A DNA stretch of 64,000 bases from Bacilli bacterium. GTDB lineage: Bacteria > Bacillota_I > Bacilli_A > RFN20 > CAG-826. Position 1 is the stretch's first letter. Each line of letters begins with the position of its first letter. Positions 39,352 to 47,700 of this stretch are shown in pieces. The notes beneath the pieces were generated by a model. That model worked only from the letters and a program-made list of their open reading frames with translations. It was not told the origin of the DNA and did no database searches. The position numbers were made by a program, and so were the translations under genes. Location of the stretch: assembly GCA_045597865.1 (NCBI GenBank), contig JAZLKX010000057.1, positions 22,321-86,320 on the forward strand. Direction: 5' to 3'.

Positions 39352-39682
39352 ATTAGGTTTTATTTTGTCATTATTTTTAGTAGTTGAATTGTTCATCTTG
39401 GCAGGAGATTTATTTACTGCCCAGGTGATTTATACCAATCTAGATGCTGTGAGTATAACAGCTGGCAACATCATTTCTTCAAAGGGAGGTATAACAGATG
39501 AAGTTAGAACATTTGTTTTGAACAATACCGGAGGCGAAATAACTGCTGTTGGAGACGAAACTCCTTTATTTGGATCTATTTATGTTTTTAAAATTTCCAA
39601 AACCTATCAACCTATGAATTTCTTTACAGACGAATCGGAAATTTCGGTTGTACGCAGCGTCGTCATTGGCTATTACAATTAG
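39341..39682 (+). CDS. TadE-like pseudopilin (tentative)
   Basis: N-terminal TM KLGFILSLFLVVELFILAGD, then LDAVSITAG helix and short beta region. Confidence 0.55.
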   Translation: MGYKLGFILSLFLVVELFILAGDLFTAQVIYTNLDAVSITAGNIISSKGGITDEVRTFVLNNTGGEITAVGDETPLFGSIYVFKISKTYQPMNFFTDESEISVVRSVVIGYYN

Positions 39683-39695
39683 AAAGGAGAAAAGT

Positions 39696-39896
39696 ATGTC
39701 TGAAGTTAAAGGCACTTTATTAACCATTATTCTTGTATTAGCAGTATTTGCAACAGTTTTTACAGCAGTCACACTTGCTTTTCAAAGAAAAGCATCTGAT
39801 GTAGCTACTAAAATTGAAAATGCTGGAGAAACAGCGGCACCAGCTGCTGCACCAGCTGCTGCAGCAGGAGTAAATGTATTGACTTATCATTATTAA
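39696..39896 (+). CDS. Flp-like major pilin candidate (66 aa)
   Basis: Strong AAAGGAG RBS; MSEVKG then hydrophobic helix, amphipathic helix and Ala/Pro tail; last gene before terminator. Confidence 0.6.
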   Translation: MSEVKGTLLTIILVLAVFATVFTAVTLAFQRKASDVATKIENAGETAAPAAAPAAAAGVNVLTYHY

Positions 39897-39907
39897 TCAA
39901 TGCAATC

Positions 39908-39930
39908 AAGGGAGGCCTAGCCTCCTTTTT
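39908..39930 (+). terminator. Terminator of Tad-like operon
   Basis: GGAGGC-CTA-GCCTCC plus T run. Confidence 0.8.
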
Positions 39931-39999
39931 CTTATATAATATAAAATTCTTTATTTTTATATTCTATGTGATACAATAATCACACATTGAGGTAAATTT

Positions 40000-40224
40000 A
40001 TGGATAAACTTGCTGAAATTAAAGAACGTCTTGCTAAAGCTGCTCACAAAGACAGCATTGACGATTCTATGAAATTAAGAGAGCTTGGTATTGATTCTCT
40101 TGACATTGTTGAACTTCTTTTACAACTCGAAGAGGATTATGGAATCCACTTTAATGACATGGATATGTCAAACCTTGTTACAGTAAAAGATTTACTCGAT
40201 GTAATAGCAAAACAATTAAAATAA
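40000..40224 (+). CDS. acpP: Acyl carrier protein
   Basis: LGIDSLDIVEL phosphopantetheine site; LEEDYGI; TVKDL. Confidence 0.92.
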   Translation: MDKLAEIKERLAKAAHKDSIDDSMKLRELGIDSLDIVELLLQLEEDYGIHFNDMDMSNLVTVKDLLDVIAKQLK

Positions 40225-40274
40225 TTAATTTCTAGTTGTTTTTAATAATAGTATTTGATACTATTTATTGCGTC

Positions 40275-40349
40275 GCCCACTTAGCTCAGCGGTAGAGCTA
40301 TCGGCTGTTAACCGATCGGTCTGCGGTTCGAATCCGTAAGTGGGCGCCA
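40275..40349 (+). tRNA. tRNA-Asn(GTT)
   Basis: GCCCACT/AGTGGGC; ATCGG-CTGTTAA-CCGAT; CCA. Confidence 0.94.
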
Positions 40350-40354
40350 CTTCT

Positions 40355-40431
40355 GGCCCGTTGGAGAAGCGGCTTAACTCATATGCCTTTCACGCATACA
40401 TTCATGGGTTCGAATCCCGTACGGGTCACCA
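40355..40431 (+). tRNA. tRNA-Glu(TTC)
   Basis: TATGC-CTTTCAC-GCATA; CCA. Confidence 0.95.
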
Positions 40432-40442
40432 AGTTTAAAAAT

Positions 40443-40463
40443 AGATGCTTCGGCATCTTTTTT
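40443..40463 (+). terminator. Rho-independent terminator
   Basis: AGATGC-TTCG-GCATCT plus T run. Confidence 0.8.
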
Positions 40464-40575
40464 TATTCCTTTCTCGCACATAAACATGCGAGTAATGTGG
40501 AAGAATTTCACAAGATTCTTGAGAAATACTTCCAAATGCGCGTATAATATGAACGCGAGTTTGAAGGAGGATATT

Positions 40576-41004
40576 ATGAAGAAATCATCAATCCTTAAGA
40601 ACAAAACATTAATTATTGGTTGTGGTTCGCTTGGAGCTACAATTGCTAACAAATGTTCTCAAGAAGGCAAAAACATCATGGTTGTTGACACTGATGCTAA
40701 ATCTTTTGAACATTTATCTGATCGTTTTAGTGGTTACACATTTGTTGGTGATGTAACCGATCTTTCTACATTAGAAGAAGCTTATATTACATCAGCAAAA
40801 GAAATTATTATTACTACAGGTGATGATAACACTAATTTATTTGTCGCGCACATTGCACGCGTTATTTATGATGTACCACAAATTTATGTTCGTTTATCTG
40901 ATCCAGATTCTGAAATTTTATTAAAAGGAATGGACATAAAGTCCATCTTCCCACTTGAATTATCGTTTGATAAATTTAATTTAATGAGAGGAGGCCGTAA
41001 ATAA
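40576..41004 (+). CDS. TrkA-N (RCK_N) potassium uptake subunit
   Basis: IIGCGSLG, GDVTD, TGDDNTN; start after AAGGAGG. Confidence 0.88.
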   Translation: MKKSSILKNKTLIIGCGSLGATIANKCSQEGKNIMVVDTDAKSFEHLSDRFSGYTFVGDVTDLSTLEEAYITSAKEIIITTGDDNTNLFVAHIARVIYDVPQIYVRLSDPDSEILLKGMDIKSIFPLELSFDKFNLMRGGRK

Positions 41005-41669
41005 TGAAAATCGTTATTGCAGGTGGTTCTAATACCGCTGACTACATTATTAAAAACTTTAAAGGCCATTCTCATCAATTGACTATTATCAACTTTGATA
41101 GAGAGGCCGCAAACTATTTAGCAAAATCTTCTAAACTACCAGTTTTCTATGGCGATCCAACAAAACCATATTGTTTAAAAGATGCCCACATTGAAGGCTC
41201 TGATATTTTTATTGCTTTAGGCAATAGAGATTGCGACAACTATGTTTCATGTTTGCTTGCTAAGAAAGTTTTCAATGTTAAAAAATGTATTTGTATTTGT
41301 TCAAACCCAAAAAATGTTGAGGTCTTCAAACAATTAGGTATTGATTCAGTTATTTCTTCGACTGAGCAACTCGTTCAATCAATTCTTTCTGAATCATCAC
41401 TAGAATCTCTCATTAAAACAATGTCTTTAGAGGACGAAAAAATTGTTTTAACAGAAATTGTTATTAAATCTACTTACTATATTGCTCATAAACATATTAT
41501 GGAAATTAACTTTCCTAAGACCGGGTCTATTGCGTGTATTTACCGTAGACCAAGAGTTATTATTCCAAATGGTTCTACATTAATTTTACCAAAAGATAAA
41601 TTAATTGTTCTTTCGACACCAAATGATCAAAAGAGCATTATTGATTTCGTACAAAAGACTAAGAAATAA
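41004..41669 (+). CDS. TrkA-family potassium uptake protein (RCK_N + RCK_C)
   Basis: MKIVIAGG, YGDPT, LAKKVF, IIPNGSTLILPKD. Confidence 0.88.
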   Translation: MKIVIAGGSNTADYIIKNFKGHSHQLTIINFDREAANYLAKSSKLPVFYGDPTKPYCLKDAHIEGSDIFIALGNRDCDNYVSCLLAKKVFNVKKCICICSNPKNVEVFKQLGIDSVISSTEQLVQSILSESSLESLIKTMSLEDEKIVLTEIVIKSTYYIAHKHIMEINFPKTGSIACIYRRPRVIIPNGSTLILPKDKLIVLSTPNDQKSIIDFVQKTKK

Positions 41670-43159
41670 TGAAAAAGACAGCTTCAGGTTACAGATTAAT
41701 ATTTGGCTACTTAGGATTGTTTATTACCTTTATTGGTATAACAATGCTATTGCCTCTTTTAGTATTGCTTGCCTATCCTGAAGAAGTTGGCGACTGGTAT
41801 TGTTTTGCAGCACCTGGTGGAGCTGCTATTTTAGTCGGTATAGCCTTGTTCATGTTGATTTTTAAGCGTGATAAGGCACAACTAGGCAAACACCAAGATG
41901 CCATTCTTTTAGTATTAATATGGCTTGTTTCTATATTTGTTGCTGCTGTTCCATTTATTATTAAAGGAGAATTAACCTTTACCCAATCTATATTTGAAAC
42001 CACTTCTGCATTTGGAACTATTGGTTTAACAGTATTTAATGAATCTTGTTTCAATTCTCATATATTTGTTCTTTATAGATCGATTATTTGCTTCTTAGGT
42101 GGCATCGGATTAGTCCTTATTATTACTAGTGCCATTTCGGATAGATACGGTTTAAAACTTTACATAGCTGAGGGCCATAATGACAAATTAATGCCTAACC
42201 TTGCTAAGTCAGCACGTCTAATTCTTGGCATTTATATCGGCATTATTTTATTAGGAACAGGCTTATTTGTCTTAGCCGGAATGCCAGTGTTTGATGCTTT
42301 AATCCATTCCATTAGCGCTGTTGCAACAGGCGGTTTCTCTTCTAAACCACAAGGTTTAATTGCTTTCCAAGGTTCAACAAACTGGCCTGCAGTCCAAGCA
42401 ATTGCATGTATTTTAATGATTATGGGTGCAATAAACTTCTTACTACACATGTTCCTTATCACTGGTAAATTTAAAAAAGCATGGCGTGATTGCGAAATTA
42501 GAACCTTCTTAATTCTTGGTTTAATTTTCATTCCATTGTTCTTCCTTGCCGTTTTAGGACAAAACGGCTGGCAAAATCCTGTTCAAGCTTTATGTGAGGG
42601 GTCATTTACCTTTATTTCATCAATTACAACAACCGGATTTGCTAATACTGCCAATATCTTAAATCTCGGTGAAGTTGCATTATTCTTAATTGTTATCGTT
42701 AATATCATAGGTGGTGGTATGGGTTCTACTGCTGGAGGTGTTAAACAATATCGTTTAGCTATTGCTTGTAAATCATTCTATTGGTCTACAAAAGAAAGAC
42801 TTTCTTCATCTAACTACATTTATCCTCACTATGTATGGAGATGCGGTGAACAAAAAGAAATCAAGGCTAATGATTCATCTGAAGCATTTAGCTACATTAT
42901 TATTTATATCGCAATTTTATTGCTTGGTGGTCTTGCAACAACATTTGCAGCACCAGCTGGAACAACATATGGACAAGCATTATTTGAATTCTCTAATGCG
43001 TTGTCATCAACAGGTTTATCTAATGGCTTATGCCAAGCAAACTCTGGTGTTCAATGGTGTTTAATTGTTGGTATGTTCCTTGGACGTCTAGAAATCTTAT
43101 CTATTTTCTTTGCCTTATATAGAGTAGGCAGAGACATATTAAGAAAGGAGACACATTAA
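41669..43159 (+). CDS. TrkH-family potassium channel
   Basis: FETTSAFGTIG, SAVATGGFS, SSITTTGF, GSTAGG, SALSSTGLS-type fourth pore, MFLGRLE. Confidence 0.92.
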   Translation: MKKTASGYRLIFGYLGLFITFIGITMLLPLLVLLAYPEEVGDWYCFAAPGGAAILVGIALFMLIFKRDKAQLGKHQDAILLVLIWLVSIFVAAVPFIIKGELTFTQSIFETTSAFGTIGLTVFNESCFNSHIFVLYRSIICFLGGIGLVLIITSAISDRYGLKLYIAEGHNDKLMPNLAKSARLILGIYIGIILLGTGLFVLAGMPVFDALIHSISAVATGGFSSKPQGLIAFQGSTNWPAVQAIACILMIMGAINFLLHMFLITGKFKKAWRDCEIRTFLILGLIFIPLFFLAVLGQNGWQNPVQALCEGSFTFISSITTTGFANTANILNLGEVALFLIVIVNIIGGGMGSTAGGVKQYRLAIACKSFYWSTKERLSSSNYIYPHYVWRCGEQKEIKANDSSEAFSYIIIYIAILLLGGLATTFAAPAGTTYGQALFEFSNALSSTGLSNGLCQANSGVQWCLIVGMFLGRLEILSIFFALYRVGRDILRKETH

Positions 43160-43160
43160 T

Positions 43161-43583
43161 ATGTTAATTGATGAATTTCAAAAGGCTAATATTGAGGCCT
43201 TAAAAAGTGGAGATAAGGTAGCAAGAGCAATCCTTTCTGTTGTTATTGCTAAATATAAAGCCAATGCTATTGAGCTAAAAGCTCAAGGAAAAGAAGCTAA
43301 TGATGCTGATATGGTAAAAATTATTACCAAATCAATTAAAGAACTTGATGAAGAAAAAGAAGGCTATGCTAAAGTAGGAAGAACTGAAGAAGTTGCATCT
43401 ATAGAAGCCCAAAAGGCTTTAATTGAAAAATATCTTCCAAAACTAATGTCAGAAGATGAGATTAAAAGCATTATTGCTTCATTAGAAGACAAATCAATGC
43501 CATCTGTTATGAAACATTTTAAAATGAATTATGATGGACAAGTTGATATGTCACTTGTTTCAAAAATCGCAAGAGGACAATAA
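43161..43583 (+). CDS. GatB/YqeY domain protein
   Basis: ALKSGDK, YAKVGR, EKYLPKLMSEDEI, VMKHFK...GQVD. Confidence 0.9.
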   Translation: MLIDEFQKANIEALKSGDKVARAILSVVIAKYKANAIELKAQGKEANDADMVKIITKSIKELDEEKEGYAKVGRTEEVASIEAQKALIEKYLPKLMSEDEIKSIIASLEDKSMPSVMKHFKMNYDGQVDMSLVSKIARGQ

Positions 43584-43630
43584 TTCTCTTGAGAAATAGC
43601 TTGTAATTAATTATAATTAACGAGCACTAC

Positions 43631-43704
43631 AGGAGTGTCGTACAATGGTAGTACAACGGTCTCCAAAACCGCTAACGCGGGTTCGATTCCTGTCACTCCT
43701 GCCA
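43631..43704 (+). tRNA. tRNA-Trp(CCA)
   Basis: AGGAGTG/CACTCCT; CT-CCA-AA loop; GCCA end. Confidence 0.93.
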
Positions 43705-43716
43705 GAAAGCAAAATT

Positions 43717-43742
43717 AAAGTCCCACTTGTGGGACTTTTTTT
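43717..43742. terminator. Bidirectional terminator shared by tRNA-Trp and trpB
   Basis: AAAGTCCCA-CTTG-TGGGACTTT. Confidence 0.8.
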
Positions 43743-45156
43743 ATTTCAAGTATTCAGGATAATTTTCAATCAGGTAATTAAGATCTTTATCTCCGCGGCC
43801 TGATAAGCACACAACTATTGAGCCTGAATGCATTGTTCTAGCACATTTTATTGCGTATGCTACAGCGTGTGCGGATTCAATTGCAGGAATAATTCCTTCT
43901 AATTTTGTTAATAAGAAGAACGCTTCAACAGCTTCTTTATCTGTTATTGATGCATAATCAACTCTTCCAATTGAATGAAGGAATGCGTGTTCTGGACCAA
44001 CTCCAGGATAGTCTAATCCTGATGCGATTGTGTATGCATCTTTAATATTTCCATTGTTATCTTGCAAGACAATTGATTTAAACCCGTGTATTGTACCTTC
44101 TTTACCGAATTCAATAGATGCGGCAGTTTTATCGGCATTAAGACTTTCTCCCGCTGCTTCAACACCAACAAGCTTAACTGGATCATCCAAAAACGCTTCA
44201 AACATACCGATTGAATTACTTCCTCCACCTGTACATGCACAAACAATGTCTGGTAGCTCACCTGTTTTATCTAAAAATTGTTGTCTTGTTTCTTTTCCGA
44301 TAATTTCTTGGAAGTCTCTAATCATAAGAGGGAATGGATGTGGACCAACAGCACTTCCCATGCAGTAAAAAGCGGTTTTATACTCTTTAGCATAGGCAGC
44401 AAAAGCACTATCTACAGCCTCTTTTAATGTTTTTGTTCCTTCATTAACTTCAATAACTTTAGCGCCGAGAATTTTCATTTTAGCTACGTTAGGGGCTTGT
44501 TTTTTAACATCAACGGCGCCCATATGAATTTCACATTCTAATCCAAAGTATGCTGCAGCAGTAGCAACAGCAACACCATGGCTTCCCGCACCGGTTTCTG
44601 CAATTAGTTTTGTCTTACCAAGATATTTGGCAAGTAGGGCTTCACCCATACAGTGATTTAATTTGTGAGATCCAGTATAGTTAAGGTCTTCTCTTTTTAA
44701 ATAAATTTGTACTTTTCCTAAATAAGTTGAAAGCCTTTCACAATGATATAATGGTGTAGGACGTCCTTGATAATCAGTTCTAATACGACGTAATTCTTCT
44801 ATGAATTTTGATGATTTACAAATAGTTAAGTATCCGGAATAAACCTCATTGAATGCTTTAGCTAAATCTTTGGATACATATGAACCTCCGTAAGGACCAA
44901 AAAATCCATCTTTTGTAGGATAAGTTTTTTTGTATAGTCTAAAATCAATATTATCCTTATTAATTAATAATGGTGCAGCATCATCCTTATTGGTTCTAAT
45001 GCGTTTGTCCATTGGTTTAGATGCCATTTCTGGAATTAAATATGATTTTCCTTTTTTAAAGGCACCATCTACTCTTCCTTCTTGGCATAAAGCACGAACT
45101 CTTCTTTCGTTTAGTCCCCATTTGTTTGCGGCTTGTTTTACACTTATATATATCAT
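43741..45156 (-). CDS. trpB: Tryptophan synthase beta subunit with N-terminal HTH domain
   Basis: KREDLNYTGSHKLN (PLP Lys), AETGAG, GPHPFP, GGGSN, GLDYPGVGP, EGIIPAIES, LSGRGDKD; residues 1-55 YISVKQAANKWGLNERRVRALC form an excisionase/HTH_17-like domain. Confidence 0.93.
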   Translation of the reverse strand: MIYISVKQAANKWGLNERRVRALCQEGRVDGAFKKGKSYLIPEMASKPMDKRIRTNKDDAAPLLINKDNIDFRLYKKTYPTKDGFFGPYGGSYVSKDLAKAFNEVYSGYLTICKSSKFIEELRRIRTDYQGRPTPLYHCERLSTYLGKVQIYLKREDLNYTGSHKLNHCMGEALLAKYLGKTKLIAETGAGSHGVAVATAAAYFGLECEIHMGAVDVKKQAPNVAKMKILGAKVIEVNEGTKTLKEAVDSAFAAYAKEYKTAFYCMGSAVGPHPFPLMIRDFQEIIGKETRQQFLDKTGELPDIVCACTGGGSNSIGMFEAFLDDPVKLVGVEAAGESLNADKTAASIEFGKEGTIHGFKSIVLQDNNGNIKDAYTIASGLDYPGVGPEHAFLHSIGRVDYASITDKEAVEAFFLLTKLEGIIPAIESAHAVAYAIKCARTMHSGSIVVCLSGRGDKDLNYLIENYPEYLK

Positions 45157-45274
45157 ACCGAATAACCTCGTTCGGCATATATTATATTCCGTTTAATTAA
45201 AAAAATAAATATAAAAAGATTATCTCTTTTTACTTAAAATAAAATTTTTAAATAAAATTATTGATAATTTTCGA

Positions 45275-45553
45275 ATGGATAATATAATATTTACCGCGGA
45301 GGAACAACAAATGCTTAAGAAATTTATGGAACTTTCCAAAGTTCTTCGTATTGTTTTACTTGCTATCCCATTCTGTAACTGGATTGTTGAATTAGTTCTC
45401 AGATGGTCCTTAGTAATCGAAAAGAAGGATCTTGGATCAGTACTCGTTGCTGTCATTGCAACATTCGGTTTTGGTATTATTCTTGGATGGGTTGATGCTA
45501 TCTTCACATTCATGGAAGACAAGATCGTTCTAACAGATATTCAAATCAACTAA
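45275..45553 (+). CDS. Small membrane protein (paralog of 45614-45841)
   Basis: IPFCNWIVELVLRWS...IILGWVD. Confidence 0.7.
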   Translation: MDNIIFTAEEQQMLKKFMELSKVLRIVLLAIPFCNWIVELVLRWSLVIEKKDLGSVLVAVIATFGFGIILGWVDAIFTFMEDKIVLTDIQIN

Positions 45554-45571
45554 TTTACTAGGAAACAAAAT

Positions 45572-45598
45572 AAAAGCTCTGCATCGCAGAGCTTTTTT
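45572..45598. terminator. Bidirectional terminator
   Basis: AAAAGCTCTGC-ATC-GCAGAGCTTTT. Confidence 0.85.
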
Positions 45599-45613
45599 AA
45601 TGTTTTTTTGTGA

Positions 45614-45841
45614 TTATTCTGCAAATATTAAGTGATTGAATAATAAGCACCAGACAAAGTCAACCCATCCAATAATTAAACCGCCGAATGTAACGACAAT
45701 TGCAACGATTAATGAGAATAAGCCTTTCTTTTCAAAGAAATTACTCCATCTGACACATAATTCAACTACCCAGTTGACAAGTGGGATTAATAAAAGAATT
45801 AATTGAATAATTCTTGATTGTTTGTTGAACCAAGCTTTCAC
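45614..45841 (-). CDS. Small membrane protein (paralog of 45275-45553)
   Basis: IPLVNWVVELCVRWS...LIIGWVD; AGGAGG RBS and GTG start on the minus strand. Confidence 0.75.
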   Translation of the reverse strand: MKAWFNKQSRIIQLILLLIPLVNWVVELCVRWSNFFEKKGLFSLIVAIVVTFGGLIIGWVDFVWCLLFNHLIFAE

Positions 45842-45907
45842 GTAGTCTTCCTCCTAATATTATTATAAAAAATATTATCAATATAATAAACAAAAATTTT
45901 AAAAATT

Positions 45908-46438
45908 TTAGAATGAATGATCGATATGGTGTGCTGCTTTATATGCGCCAAGGTCGTTGATTAGTGATGAGACGAATCCAACAATCAATAAAATAGGGGC
46001 ATTAATTGCAAAATTAAATAAAGCCTGTTTAAAACTTAAAACATTTGAACCAATGATTAGTGGGTATATATAGCAGTTAAAAACTGTTAATGTAGGTGAA
46101 ATGATTATAAAAAATATAACGGTTGAAATTAATGTTGCAAGCAATCTATATTTGACGTTTCCGGTATAAGTTTGATTTGGAACTTTAAAGAGATTTGCAA
46201 ACCATCTTCCTATACTTGTTAATGGAACAAAGTTTGAAATAATTAACGATAGGGTAAGGGCAATAGCAAAATTTATACAGAAATTTGCCCAATCAATAGT
46301 ATTAAAGTTAATAGTTAAAACACCGGAATCAAGATTGGACTGAGCAGTGATGGCAGATGCTAAACACAAAAAGAACGAGACAGGAATGTCACAAACAAGG
46401 CTATAGATAAATGTTGCAAATCTAAATTTCTTTGTCAT
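45908..46438 (-). CDS. Hypothetical 4-TM membrane protein
   Basis: Four hydrophobic segments; starts 1 nt after the oxidoreductase stop. Confidence 0.7.
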   Translation of the reverse strand: MTKKFRFATFIYSLVCDIPVSFFLCLASAITAQSNLDSGVLTINFNTIDWANFCINFAIALTLSLIISNFVPLTSIGRWFANLFKVPNQTYTGNVKYRLLATLISTVIFFIIISPTLTVFNCYIYPLIIGSNVLSFKQALFNFAINAPILLIVGFVSSLINDLGAYKAAHHIDHSF

Positions 46439-46439
46439 T

Positions 46440-47555
46440 TTAGTCTACCTTTAAAGCTGAGGCAAATGCCCAAGTTAAGTTATATCCGCCACATGGACCA
46501 TCAATATTCAATAATTCGCCAATGATATAAACATTTTTTTCGCGTTTAGACATCATGTGGGCGCCTATTTCGCTATTTTTAATTCCTCCAACTGATACCT
46601 GGGAGAAATCAAAACCGTAAGATTTGTCGAATGTAAATTCTAAGTTTTTTAAAGCGTTAAATACATCATTTTCAGTATTAAATCTGTCTTTTAGATATGC
46701 TGAAATTTTTGGATTAATAAACGCTTGCATAAATTCATTGAAAGAATGTGAACTTCTATATTTTTGTAAGTAAGAGAGTTTGAAATCAGGAAGCAAGTCT
46801 AATATTATTTTGCACTTTAAACCAGAGCTTCTTGCTATAACTGACATAGCATTAAAAATTACAATGCCAGAAAGACCATGATCTTTAAATAAAACTTCAC
46901 CAAGTTCTTCGTGAATCAATTTATTATTTTCGAGAACTTTTACATTTGCTTTACATCTAATGCCATCAATAGTTTTAGTTTTCTCAATTGTATGAAGAGG
47001 TGAAAGACCAGGTTTGCAATTAACAATTTCGTATCCGTGTTTTTTAAGTACGTTAATAACAGAACCATCACTTCCGAGCTTTGGTGATGAACATAATCCG
47101 CCAGAGACGATTAATTTATCACATGTATAGGTGTTTTTGCTTGTTAGTACCTTTATATTGCTTGTAATTTCATAGTCTAAGAAGTTTTCTTCAACATTGA
47201 TTTTGATACCTAATTTGTCGCATTCATGAAGTAATGCATCTCTTACAGAAACTGCTGATTCACTTACTGGGTAAGCTAAATTATCAATTAGTTTTGTTTG
47301 AATAGAAATCGATTCGAAAAAATCTTTGTAATCATAGCCATCAATGATTTCTTTTGCAAATGATGGGTCGTTATAGCGCGAAAAATCAATATTAGAGTTT
47401 CCTAAATTGCATTTTCCATTACCTGTAGCAAGAATCTTTTTAAGAGGCTTATCTAAATGCTCAATGATTAAAACGTCGTCACAATTGTGATGGCGTTTAT
47501 AGTTGATTGCAGCTGTAACTCCAGAGGCTCCTGCTCCGATGACTATAACTTTCAT
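46440..47555 (-). CDS. HI0933/BaiN-family NAD(P)/FAD-dependent oxidoreductase
   Basis: IGAGASG, KKILATGNGKCN, GEVLFKDHGLSG, QVSVGG, GELLNIDGPCGGYNL. Confidence 0.92.
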   Translation of the reverse strand: MKVIVIGAGASGVTAAINYKRHHNCDDVLIIEHLDKPLKKILATGNGKCNLGNSNIDFSRYNDPSFAKEIIDGYDYKDFFESISIQTKLIDNLAYPVSESAVSVRDALLHECDKLGIKINVEENFLDYEITSNIKVLTSKNTYTCDKLIVSGGLCSSPKLGSDGSVINVLKKHGYEIVNCKPGLSPLHTIEKTKTIDGIRCKANVKVLENNKLIHEELGEVLFKDHGLSGIVIFNAMSVIARSSGLKCKIILDLLPDFKLSYLQKYRSSHSFNEFMQAFINPKISAYLKDRFNTENDVFNALKNLEFTFDKSYGFDFSQVSVGGIKNSEIGAHMMSKREKNVYIIGELLNIDGPCGGYNLTWAFASALKVD

Positions 47556-47615
47556 GTGAAAGAGTTTATCATATTCTTTCGCATAATTAAAATTATTTCG
47601 GTATAATATTCACAC

Positions 47616-47692
47616 GCCCCAATAGCGCAACTGGATAGAGCACTAGACTTCGAATCTGGGGGTTGAGGGTTCAAATCCTTCTTGGGGCTCCA
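47616..47692 (+). tRNA. tRNA-Arg(TCG)
   Basis: GCCCCAA/TTGGGGC; CTAGA-CTTCGAA-TCTGG; TATAAT at 47602; CCA. Confidence 0.92.
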
Positions 47693-47700
47693 TTAAAAGT

